DNA of 34,745 nucleotides from Octopus bimaculoides (Eukaryota), in NCBI RefSeq assembly GCF_001194135.2, contig NC_068998.1, positions 16,569,576 through 16,604,320 of the forward strand. Reading direction: 5' to 3'. Positions within the stretch are counted from its first letter, which is position 1; each line of letters opens with the position of its first letter. Both the position numbers and the translations under genes were made by a program. Shown in pieces: positions 1 through 11,239 of the stretch. The notes beneath the pieces were generated by a model. That model saw only the letters and a list, made by a program, of their open reading frames with translations, made no database searches and was not told the origin of the DNA.

Positions 1-217
1 ATATATATTTGTGTGCACACACACACACACACATACATATATATACAAATATACACATACACATATATATATATACACACACACACACACACTCACATAC
101 ACATGCATGTAGGTACACATAATACATATGATTATCATTCTCTTTGGTTTTACATCTTCTCTTCCATATCAACATGGGTTGGACAAGTTTGTAACGTGTG
201 TGTGTGTGTGTGTGTGT
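1..217. repeat. Compound (TA)n/(CA)n microsatellite (1-110) and (TG)n run (about 197-217)
   Basis: Dinucleotide runs are directly visible. They generate the spurious His/Thr/Ile/Tyr ORF at 13..264. Confidence 0.95.
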
Positions 218-942
218 GTTTTCAAAGAATGAGAAAGAGTAAGACAGAAACAATTTGCCACTGAGAGACACCAGATTATAATACCAGTACTAGGATGAAG
301 ATCTATAAAAAAAAATAAAATGTTACACAAGCTACTGAACACAGGCTGTTACACTTTCAAAGAAAAAAAAATATTACAGAGACTACTGAAAAATCTAAGG
401 ATAAAATATGTTATTTAGTAGTAAAAATATTTTTCTTTTAAGAATTTATGTCATAGAATTTACTTTATACTCCAGCATACACCAAACCTGCACTAAAATT
501 ATAAATTTGTTTGCCACTTATAAGTGGGTTGAATTTGTAACATTTAAAAAAAAAATCTCAGAACTACAGAACCTAACAGATTATGACAAATGGCATGGCT
601 ACAAGGAATTGTGAATGTTGTTCAAAGTATGAGAAAAGCAGAATATAAAACAGATACTGAATAATTTTTTTTCATGACACTTGGGGCACCACAAGTCTCA
701 TCACAGATTATCTATCTAGCAGAGCAATAATCTTTGAATATGAATTGATGAAGGTTAGTAGGGACTGTTTAGTTGTCACACAAAGGACAAGCTCTACAGT
801 GCCGACAGTACGGTCAGACGCATCTGGTCTATGGTGTAAGACATACACAACAACAAAGGCGATTGTTTTGTTTGGTTTGGTTTTCTTTATATTTCTTTTG
901 CTGCATGAGTATGGTGATGTAGATTACAAAGATGTGAGGATA

Positions 943-995
943 TCCGTCCAATCCATGCCAGCATGGAAAAACAGATGGAAAATAACAATGATGAT
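943..995 (+). mobile_element. Short 3'-tail fragment of the (GAT)n-tailed SINE/RTE family
   Basis: ccgtccaatccatgccagcatggaaaaacagatgg...atgatgat matches the tail seen at 8030-8076, 33043-33098 and 34197-34249. Confidence 0.65.
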
Positions 996-1199
996 ACAAA
1001 TAGACAGATAAATAGATGCAGGGAGTTAGGGAGGGAGGAAGAGAAAAAGAGAGATGTGTGTGTGTGTGTGTCTGTATTTATATCGTATATATATATACAT
1101 AATGTTAAGACAATCTGCTGAAGGAAGGCATGGAAATTGACAGATCACTCAGTGAGATAGACATAGGTTCAAAGAAATTCTAGCTGTGTATGACAAGGG

Positions 1200-3550
1200 G
1201 GAGCAGATGGAAACTTATAATGCAGGGGGTACATGGAGATATAAGACAACCTGTTGGGAGCCACTGACCAGATCTGTGGAAGGAGTAAGGGCCCAGTCAG
1301 GCAGAAGATGACATGATAAAAGAAGTGTAAAGGGGAAAGAACCATAAGAACTAAGACAGGTTTAGAAAGATTGGAAGAGGGAGAAGAGAACAAGGAATAA
1401 TATCAGTAACTAGAAGTTAGATGTTAGGTATATGTAACTGAGAGACAGGCTAAAAGTAGATATTCTGCAACAAGAATATTGTTGCAGAGAGATTTGAGAT
1501 GTTCTGGATTGTAAAGCAATGTGCTTGTGAGAATCATGACATCATTTGAGAAAGTGTGCATGGAATGATAGTGAGGCACACTTGCTTTCACTGACGATGA
1601 GGAGAGGCATGGAAATGTTACTACGACATGGTTTCATGGAGGAGAGACAGCCTACCCCAAATAGACCCAACAGAGAGACCAGCTATTGAAGGTAAAAGCT
1701 ATTCAGTGAAAAAGAGCAATTAAAAGATATGACACTAGAAAAAAATAACTGGTTCGTGAGGGATAGTCACTTAAAATACAGGAAATATTTGGCCATGTGC
1801 TAGGATAAATTCTAGATATTTGCATAATCAGTCTGTCAGTACAGGGAAGTGTCATAACAAATTACTAGCAAAGCAGTATCATTTTCAGAGGTAAAGGAGA
1901 GGCGGATGGATGCTCTAGAGCGAGGAAATTGGGAAGGTATTGAATGAATAGAGTAAGTCATGAAAATAACAGAAAGAATTACAGCAGAACTGATTAGGAA
2001 AAGAATTAGTTCAAATGCAAACACACTTTGGGTTTGTGCCAGGAAAGAGTACCACCAATGCCTTCTTCCCCCATAAAGCAACTATAAGGAAGATAAGATA
2101 ACTCTTTCGCATTTTAATTAATTTGTCAACTATAAAACTTATTTATTCAATCTTCAAATTAATTATGCATTATCTCATAGCTTTGAGATTCTGAAGTGAT
2201 TGTTTATCTTTAGAATGACATTGTAGGGTGAGTGTGAGAAGCCAGATCTGGTCAGTTTGAACATAAAACAGGTTAAATATTTGGGCTGGATATGGCCTGC
2301 TTGAATGTAATGGGTTAAACCGCCATATTTAGTTAAAGACAGCTTTTGACAGGATACCATATTCTGTACTATATTAATCAGAAAACTAGATGTACATGAT
2401 TGGTTTATGAGTATCATGCAAACCATGCACAGAGAGGCCATCAGCTAGGTAAAAACTAGCAATGAGTTCAGTATGGAATTTCGAGTGAGGTAGGTGTGTA
2501 TCAGGAGTCAGTTCTCAAATCCTTCCCCTTTGTTATAGTTCTCCAAGTTATAGCAAACTGATTGTCCATCGGAACTCCTGTCTGCCAATGATCTAGTTCT
2601 CAAGGTTTGAAGATTTAGAAGAATTTCCAAATTTGGAAGCAAAAACCTAGTATTGAGAGACGCTTCAAAGTAAACGTAGCAAAGATAAAGTTTATGTAGC
2701 AGAAAGAAGACAGAACTCTACAGATTATGCCGCCACCAAGGAGGTGGCTATACTCAATAAGCACAAAAGTAGAAAGGAGGAACTCTGTACCAAATGTAAA
2801 CTATGCATACAAAAGATTTAGGGTGACAGAACAAAAAATAGGACTTAATATGTAGCCATTGTACAAGAGTAGTTAGCAGTAAAAGTAGCCATGAAATAAA
2901 TTCTTTGAAATGTTTGGAAGGCTTCCTAAAAGTAGTTGATGGTTTCAGTAGTGGAGACGGTCATTCTGAAAGTATAGTAGCCAGAGTAAGAACCAAGTGG
3001 GGAAAAAGTTCAGGGAGCTATTATCTCTTTTGGCAACAAGGGGGTTCTCTCTCTGGGTGAAGGACAGATTGCATTATACTTATTTATGAAGTGTAGTGCT
3101 ATATAATAGCAAAACATGGAGAGTGGATGCAGAGGATGTGTGAAAGCTGGAAAGAAATGAAACCAACATGCTCTGCAGAGTGTGTAATGTAAGTGTGCAT
3201 GAACAAGAGAGCACAAATGATTTGTGAAACACACAGGGTATCAGAGGAATTATGTGTAGTGTGCAAGAGAAGACTGCACTGGTTTAAAATGTGTGATGCT
3301 TACAGAGCATGGCAGCTGGGTTTCAGAAGATCCAAGTGGAAGGAATCTGTAGAAGGGGAAGACTGAGGAAGACATGGGAAGAAGTGGTGAAAGCTGATCT
3401 CAAGAGACTGAACCTCACGAAAGGAGATTACAAAGGACCACAACAAATGACAAGATGCTGTGCTAGAGAAGACCTGTTCAACCCATGCATATATGAAAAT
3501 GTAGACATGATGATGATGATGGTGGTGGTGGTAGTGGTGGTGATGTGATG
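1200..3550 (+). mobile_element. Decayed, 5'-truncated RTE-clade LINE (RT region through the 3' end) with many stops and frameshifts
   Basis: Recognisable degenerate RT motifs include KG...DALERGN (about 1890-1930), FGFVPGKSTT (2028-2058), GVxQxSVL...LL(S)ANDLV (about 2490-2600, the YADD region) and C-terminal RRGRLRKTWEEVVKADL (ORF 3309..3548), followed by a (GAT/GGT)n tail. Bases 1215-1380 resemble the less decayed copy at 34400-34560. Confidence 0.85.
2102..2314. mobile_element. piggyBac-like MITE (family 1) nested in the RTE LINE
   Basis: Ends are ataa|CTCTTTCGCATT...AATGTAATGGG|ttaa (degenerate CCCTTT/AAAGGG termini with TTAA-like flanks). It interrupts the LINE between RT motifs. Confidence 0.6.
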
Positions 3551-4023
3551 ATGAGTACATCAATGCATAAAATATTTAAAAAAATAAATAAAATTCATTT
3601 TTCATCAAGCATATTTTCACTAGTCTATATAGAGAGTTGAGATGGATGACAAGCAACGAAGCTGAGGATGACAATTTTTAGAGGGTTATAAACAAATGAA
3701 GCAATAAAATATAGTCACTATATAATGAATTTGTTAAAATATACAAAATAAACTTACAATATCAACCAACAACTCTAGCTATAGATAGATGTAATACAGA
3801 AGAGACAGACTGACAGAATAGAGAGACAGATTGAAACAGAGAATGGTAGACAGATAGACAAGTAAATAGAGTGATAGATAGACAGACAGTTAACTAGATC
3901 ATCAAAGACTGATGTACAAATGTAGAAAATAGAGGACTATATTTAGAACTGGATTTTTAGAAAGATAAAAATACAGAAGGAATGACAGATTTCATCTTAA
4001 TAATCTAGAAATATTTTTTGCTT

Positions 4024-4376
4024 TCAACTACTGTTTTGGGAGGGGTATTTTTTCTGCATTATTTCCTCACATTGTAGAGCCCAGTATTGGCGTTGAATCT
4101 GGAAAACGTCCATTTTGGCTTTGTGTTCAGCAGCTGCATAATCTAATTTTCGTTTCATCATTAACATTTGCATTTCATGTTGTTCCTGTTGCATTTTTAC
4201 AAGTACAACTTGGTTGTTTATTGCTTGTGTGGTTGCATCACCTCCTGCTAACATGCTGTTTGGACTGCACATGTCACCATTAGAAATAGGAAATATCCCC
4301 GTAGGCACAGGTCCTCCAGACACAGGAACAGTTATGGTTGGTGGTGGACTATCGTCATCATCTGGACATTCTAAGA
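4024..4376 (-). CDS. Terminal coding exon of the Myb/SANT-like DNA-binding protein gene (acidic/Pro-rich segment plus predicted C-terminal coiled coil)
   Basis: Phase-1 acceptor ttcttatgcag|TC at 4376, with an alternative in-frame ttag|AA at 4370, compatible with the phase-1 donor at 10255. Translation includes VLVKMQQEQHEMQMLMMKRKLDYAAAEHKAKMDVFQIQRQYW. Stop TGA at 4026-4024. Confidence 0.85.
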
Positions 4377-5115
4377 CTGCATAAGATAATAGAAACAAAA
4401 ATGATGCATAACAGATGAAAAATATGTCAACAATATACGTACATACATATACACATTACATACATACACATATAAATGTACGACATCTATGAACACATTT
4501 AGTATATTTTAAATGATCATCAGAAAAGAAAAGATCATTATGAGGTATAAGTGACTCCGAGGTTTGAGTTCTGAACTACTAACTACGTGGTCATGAGTTC
4601 AAACCTTAATAAAGTCGCTTTTTCTTTTTTTGCAGCTGGGTAGAGAATTTAACTCAGCTTTGCCCATTATTCTAAACAAGTTACTTCACAGTAAAATGGT
4701 AAGTATTAGGTTAGAGTAACCGACTGTAAAAGTACATGCTAGCATGGAAAATGGTAGTAAAATAATACAACAAAAATATCATTAGTTCAAACTGATTAAG
4801 AAATTTGTGAAAAAGAAGAAAAGGCTTCCTAACAAACTGTGTCTACAAGAAATAAACCAAGGCCAGTGTCAAAATGGTTAAAAAAAAACTTGTAGTGTCT
4901 TGCAGTACAATCAAATATAGAATACACAGTTGCAAAGCCAACTTCTAAAGCATACAGCCATGTAAGTTCATAAAGAGATGAACAATATAATTTATTAAAA
5001 CAATTTTTTTACTGAATGTCTCAAGATGAGTTGCTGTAATTAAGATCATAATTTACCAGATTAACCTTATCTTTAGAGTGTATATATATAGAAGCCTAGA
5101 ATATTAAACTCTTAA

Positions 5116-5322
5116 CCCTTTCATTACCATATTTCTGTTGAAATATACTGCCTTTGTTTCAATTAATTCTGAAAAATAGTGAAGAAGTTTGTAAAATAAC
5201 TTGGTCATTTATAAACTACTTTTTGTAACAAAATTAACATGGAATTTTAATGGGAATACTTCAAAATAGGTAGTTGGTATTATAGATCCAGAGTGGTCTT
5301 AGTCAGGTTGGTATTAAAAGGG
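5116..5322. mobile_element. piggyBac-like MITE (family 2)
   Basis: TTAA on both sides (5112-5115 and 5323-5326). TIRs CCCTTTCATTACCA / TGGTATTAAAAGGG match at 12 of 14. A diverged copy lies at 32586-32807. Confidence 0.8.
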
Positions 5323-7480
5323 TTAATTAATGTTCTCTGCATTTTAACAAGTTGCACATACATCACAATTATAGATCATCTAAACGACAACTACAACATC
5401 GCTTCCCCAGTAAACACTTCACTGCAAAAACAAACTTGATACATGCAAGGGATGTAATTTAAGACTGCGTCAACTTGTACTGAGCCATTATCTTTATCTC
5501 ATCTTTTCACTAAGAATGTCAGAACTCAAGAGACTCCAACTAATGCAACATCAACTTCGAAATATTCACAACTGACATAAAAACAAAACATAAACAAGGA
5601 CACCTCAACTGTAACATCAATTTCTGAAAACTAGATTACCAACATGTCATGATGTTATAGATCAGATTGGTCTACAATACAATACTGTTCCATCCATTTT
5701 GGTTTGATACCATCTAATCCACGAGGTCTAACAGTCTTACCAAAGCAAGTCTTTGTAAATTGTTTAGCTCTAGGTCAGCCTTGAATGAGAAGACCTGTGA
5801 TAACAGGAATTCTAGGCACAGCTATCCAGTTGTTTTTCAGGACATTATCCAATTGTCCTTTATTTTTTTCCATAATTTTCTTTTTAAGATGGTAGAGTGT
5901 ATATAAGGAAGATGGTTGCTACTCATGGCAGTTTGAGTAACCTCATAAAAACTCTCTCAGATTCAAGTCTTCTTTGGTCTATCTCTATTGTGGGTACCTT
6001 CCACAACCAACTTACACTTTTCCGAGCAGCATGTGACTTACACTTTTCCAAGCAGCATATGACATCTATTCATATTACATTTCCACATTTGCAAAGTTGT
6101 TCCTTCTGCAGATATCCTCTACTGTTCAGTTGCTTTCATAAATTCCTTTTGTGTTCAATCATTCTCACAAGTTAACTCATGGGAGGTTGCTATAGTAGAA
6201 ACAGTGTTTCAAGTTATTGGGTTATTTTCCTCAGACAAGTGATTTGATTTAAATGCATGCAAAAACAAAGTAGATTCCACCAAAGAAACGCCAAGAGTTA
6301 GGTGGTGGTGCTAAACCCATATAATGGATTAAATCTATGATCCAAACAGATTAAAAAGTTCTCTGAGTGCATTTCACTCTGTTCAAAGCCTGCCAATACT
6401 ATCATCAGTTCCAATTCTGACCCTAATTATACTACCCAGATTTTTGCTTCTCAGAGGAGAAAGCATAGGAAATGGACAAAGGGCTTCGTTCAATCCTTTG
6501 CCTGTCAAAAGCATTTACATAAGTTTGTCCTAAATGTCCATGCTTGTTTTCAAACTTTTAGTTAACCTTTGTTTCATAAATTCTGAGTAATATAAAACTT
6601 CCCTTTCATAAGACCCAAGTTATTCTGGTGGCTTAAAAAAATTGGGACTGTGTATCATATGGACAACAGGGAAATATGTCTTGTGTATCACTATACACAG
6701 GACCAGCAAAGGTCCTGTGTATTTAATAAAATTGAGATAGCTTTAAACTTGTCCAACACTTTGACAAAGAAAGAAGTATATGAATATAAATTCTATTTTG
6801 TTTTTCATTGATAAAGAGAAAGTGTGCAAAAATTTCTTTTTTCTTTTCTAGAGACTGGTATGTCTAGTAAGTATTTGTCAGTTTGAGAAGTGCTGACCAA
6901 GGTCACCAAATTAATCTACAAGTATCAGTAAGCACTTAGAGCAGTCTATGTTCTTCATTTCATGGATGATCCTTAAGTACATCTAAAGTTCTGTTTGCTA
7001 GATATCACATAGTAATGTAATTTCTTTCTACCTCTTTGCCTCTTTCCAACATACCAAGCAAGGCCATGTTCTCCTTGCTGTTGAACTTGTATGCTGATTA
7101 GCCCCACAGGCCAGCCCTGATCAAGCAGACCTATAATAAAAGGTAATCAAACCATGGACATCACATTTACATCATATTTTCCAGAATAGTGAACTGCAAA
7201 CATTATCCAATGTATCCCTTTTTAAAGATGCTAGAATATGCTTTAAAGGAAAGGTGTCTATTATTTCTAGCAGAGCAAACACATAGACGTTCTCTTGTTG
7301 GCTTATGTTGAACTTATATTTCAGCTCCAAGATCATAGATATTCGCCTTTGGATCTTTTGACTCACAGCCACTTTTCCAAATTTCAAACTTCTGCAATCA
7401 GCACATTCTTCAATGGGAATTGGAACATCAATATTCAAAAGTTTCTAACAGCTTTCATCCAGGTCTACATTGCATTTACT

Positions 7481-7700
7481 TCATCATCATCATCATCATC
7501 ATCGTTTAACGTCCGCTTTCCATGCTAGCATGGGTTGGACGATTTGACTGAGGACTGGTGAAACCGGATGGCAACACCAGGCTCCAATCTAATTTGGCAG
7601 AGTTTCTACAGCTGGATGCCCTTCCTAACGCCAACCACTCAGAGAGTGTAGTGGGTGCTTTTACGTGTCACCCGCACGAAAACAGCCACGCTCGAAATGG
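7481..7700 (-). mobile_element. SINE 3' half with (GAT)n tail, reverse orientation
   Basis: Its reverse complement closely matches 32970-33098 and 34070-34249. The (TCA)n tail is at 7481-7503. Confidence 0.85.
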
Positions 7701-7849
7701 TGTCTTTTATGTGCCACCCGCACAAGCCAGTCCAGGGGCAAAACCAAGTTTTGATAAACAACTGCTAGTACACTGAACGTGAATTCTCATGTTCACTCCC
7801 GAGACCTGCCCTTCACAGGTCAAGAGGATTGGCCTGCAAGAGTCCTGCC

Positions 7850-8076
7850 TCAGTGCCATGTAAAAAGCACCAGTGCCGGTGAAAACAGAAAAGTGCCCGA
7901 GCTGGTGCCATGTTAAAATCACCCAGCACACACGGTAAAGTGGTTGATGTTAGGAAGGGCATCCAGCCATAGAAACAAAGCCAAATCAGACTGAAACCTG
8001 GTGCAGCTCGCCAGCTCTGGTCAAACCATCCAACCCATGCCAGCATGGAAAACAGACGTTAAAGATCATGATGATA
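7850..8076 (+). mobile_element. SINE 3' half with (GAT)n tail, forward orientation
   Basis: gttaggaagggcatccagc...tccaacccatgccagcatggaaaacagacgttaaa...atgatgat. Confidence 0.8.
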
Positions 8077-9497
8077 GTCTCAATGTGAATCATTTACACA
8101 CTCTGGTTTTCCCATTGCTCACTACATGACACTGCTTGTAACCGTGTTAGTCTTTCTCTATATTGACTAACTCAATACCACCAGAGGTGTAATTTTCTTT
8201 GGTTTTTAATTTAAAAAATCATTTCTTACTCAATACTATGTAATCAGAGGAAATAGCAGGTATACAAAAACAGCAATTGGTTATCTACTAGACTAATTGG
8301 GAAAATTGTTGGAGTGTAAACAACACTAGATTGAAAGCTAGATGGCTTGCTGAAATAAATGAATAAATTATCTTATTTAGGTGATACAGCTGCTACTGGA
8401 GATATAGCTAGCCATGACCTCTGATAGCTAGAGTCCAAAAGATATTGCAAAACTTCAGAGTAATGTACTATGGTAAGTCAGGCATGGGCAACCTTTCACA
8501 AGTTGCATGAGACATGGTTCATCATCAGGCAAGCTGCACTAAAAAAATTCAAGGTAATTTTATGTTAGGTGTGTCATTCGGAAAGTCCCACAAGTTGCAG
8601 TTAGCCAGTAATTGATGAAAGTAATGGAGGATTACTATTTCTATATATATGAAAGCTAAACAAGAAGTGTGTCTAAAAAACTGTAATGCTATATAGTAGT
8701 AAAATGTACACTGAAGATAGATTTGAGTAATGATCTATAGAATGCTCAATGTCAAATGTACAAACAGCATCTAAACTTCAATCCAAAGTATTAACCAACA
8801 TACAAACGATAAGTTAGGGGATTTGTTACATTGTTGGATACCTTGTGGTATTGCTGCCTGCTTGCTACATTCTGACTTCAAATCTAATATCAACTTCACC
8901 TTTCATCCTTCTAGGGCCGAGCAAATACCAGTCCAGCACTGGTGTTGATCTCTCTCTCTCTCTCTCTCTCTGCTCTTCTCTCTGGAACAAATAAGCTGTG
9001 GTCAAACGTGAGAGATGAGCCTACGAAGTTTACAATTCCCTAGAAGCGCCGTATGTCACAATGGACGGCCCCTTCAACTCCATCAGAAGTTGAAGACCAA
9101 AGGAAAGTCGAACTAAACAACATATTGTCATCATCCATGTTATTCGATTTAGTCGTGGCTGCCTGTATGGGGTTATGTTTATAGTAGAAGAGACTATTAC
9201 ACACCGACCATCACACACTGCCCATAAACCTCAGATCCAATAACAAAACTGAAATGATTTTAGGACACTAATCCAGGCTTCCTTGTTGTTGGGGTTTTGT
9301 TTTTTGTTGTTGTATTATTTTTATTTTTGAGGAAGATAAGAATAACTATTTATTACTAGATAACGCCCTAATAGCTGGTAGTAACGAAAGAATGCTCTAG
9401 ATGTGTACTAAACTCACAAGACATGTGTCTTGAACATAGACACGGTGCAATGGCAATGATTTAATGTGAACTGACGATAATGTACTAAGTTAGCTTG

Positions 9498-9536
<39 letters not shown>

Positions 9537-9875
9537 GAAAGATGAGTACGGACATGTAATGATGTGAATGGATAATACATGTTGGGCGAAAACTGCTGTG
9601 ACTTGAAGAGATGAGATAGTGTCCATTTGGTTACATTTGAGGAAGGAGACTGACTGGACCTTATAGATTAGCTGTGACAGTATTAAGATGGTTAAAAATG
9701 ATATATTGATTAAATACACACTCGACCGAATGCAGCACTGAAATAATGATGACGATATGCATGCATGCATACATATTAATTTGTTTACACGTGTACACCA
9801 GTAGTTAAACAGCAACTTACACACGTGTATATATATATATATATATATACATATATATACATATATATACATATA

Positions 9876-10061
9876 NNNNNNNNNNNNNNNNNNNNNNNNN
9901 NNNNNNNNNNNNNNNNNNNNNNNNNNNNNNNNNNNNNNNNNNNNNNNNNNNNNNNNNNNNNNNNNNNNNNNNNNNNNNNNNNNNNNNNNNNNNNNNNNNN
10001 NNNNNNNNNNNNNNNNNNNNNNNNNNNNNNNNNNNNNNNNNNNNNNNNNNNNNNNNNNNNN
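9876..10061. other. Assembly gap flanked by (TA)n
   Basis: Run of N. Confidence 1.
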
Positions 10062-10099
<38 letters not shown>

Positions 10100-10254
10100 T
10101 TATAGTGGTAGAGTGAGAAGGAAATAAAATTTCATACATACAAACGCACACATCTGCATTATTCATCGTGTATATCATATCAAAATTGACGTTACACTCA
10201 GATACTCATGCAATAATGAAACACTAAGCAAAATGACAAAACAAGTCTCCCTAC

Positions 10255-11008
10255 CTGTGACTGACTGATGTGTAAAGTTATTCTGTATATGCGCTTGGCT
10301 GTGGTTATGAATGTGTGTGTGGTTGTTGTTATTGTTTATATGTCCTGTTCCCCCAGTAACAACTCCAACCACCGTTGCCGTGGTGCCATTCCCACCAGCA
10401 CCGCTTGGTGTAACGTTACCCGCGGGGTTTCCATTTCCATTCGCGCTGCTCCCTCCAGGAGTCGTGCCACCACCTCCGTTACTCGCACCACCAGATGTCT
10501 CCGCATGGCCGTGCCCACCTCCGACGACATAAGGATGGTCAGCTTCAACATACAAACGATTATGTACTGGCTCTACTTTGATAGAACCACCAGAACCTGC
10601 AGGTGTTGCGGTACCAGTAATGGTAACCCCGGTAATTCCAACACTACCAGTAGGTACCCCAAGAGTAACTGCATCAGCGCTTCCTACTTGATTTTCAAGC
10701 TCCTCTACAAAACGTGGAATCTCTATAATGTCTTTGTTAAGTGCTTTTTTGGCTCTTGCCTTCATGTTCTCCCAGCATTTCTTTAATTGTTTGCAGTCTT
10801 TCCGGTTAACACCCGGTTGTGAATTGAATTCGTCTGCTATGGCGTTCCATGTTTCTGTCTTCATTTTGATGGATCGCCAATCATTTTTCTTACACTCCAA
10901 TATTTCCCGATGTTCGTCTACCAACTCTCTGAGGATATTTTTTTCGAAATTCGTGAAGATGATGCGACCGACATTGACCACGGATGCTCCACGGTTTTGT
11001 TCTTGCAT
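10255..11008 (-). CDS. First coding exon of a Myb/SANT-like DNA-binding domain protein (Myb_DNA-bind_5; MSANTD3/4- or NAIF1-like), followed by a Gly/Thr- and His/Asn-rich disordered region
   Basis: aa 15-88 (FTNFEKNILRELVDEHREILECKKND...KTETWNAIADEFNSQPGV...KQLKKCWENMKARAKK) fit the family pattern. ATG at 11008 has an in-frame TGA just upstream. Donor ACAG|GTAGGG at 10255 (phase 1). Orthology to a named vertebrate gene is not determinable by eye. Confidence 0.92.
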
Positions 11009-11016
11009 CTTTCAAG

Positions 11017-11239
11017 NNNNNNNNNNNNNNNNNNNNNNNNNNNNNNNNNNNNNNNNNNNNNNNNNNNNNNNNNNNNNNNNNNNNNNNNNNNNNNNNNNNN
11101 NNNNNNNNNNNNNNNNNNNNNNNNNNNNNNNNNNNNNNNNNNNNNNNNNNNNNNNNNNNNNNNNNNNNNNNNNNNNNNNNNNNNNNNNNNNNNNNNNNNN
11201 NNNNNNNNNNNNNNNNNNNNNNNNNNNNNNNNNNNNNNN
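11017..11239. other. Assembly gap immediately 5' of the Myb/SANT gene start codon
   Basis: Run of N. Confidence 1.

Noticed and set aside
3309-3548. 79-aa ORF as an independent gene
   Set aside because: It is the C-terminal remnant of the decayed RTE LINE ORF running into its microsatellite tail.
6010-6061. Two tandem 26-bp units (24 of 26 identical)
   Set aside because: Only two units with no spacer, so this is a local slippage duplication and not CRISPR-like.
8479-8610. hAT-like left end CAGGCATGGGCAACCT
   Set aside because: No matching right TIR or TSD was found.
10175-10254. C-terminal 26 aa of the 277-aa ORF (hydrophobic tail)
   Set aside because: It lies past a good phase-1 donor that fits the downstream exon, so it is most likely intronic read-through.
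10268-10786. Plus-strand ORFs of 172 aa (10268..10786) and 73 aa (10311..10532), and the minus-strand alternative-frame ORF 10336..10551
   Set aside because: These are shadow ORFs of the GC-rich low-complexity exon of the Myb/SANT gene and have no independent domain signal.
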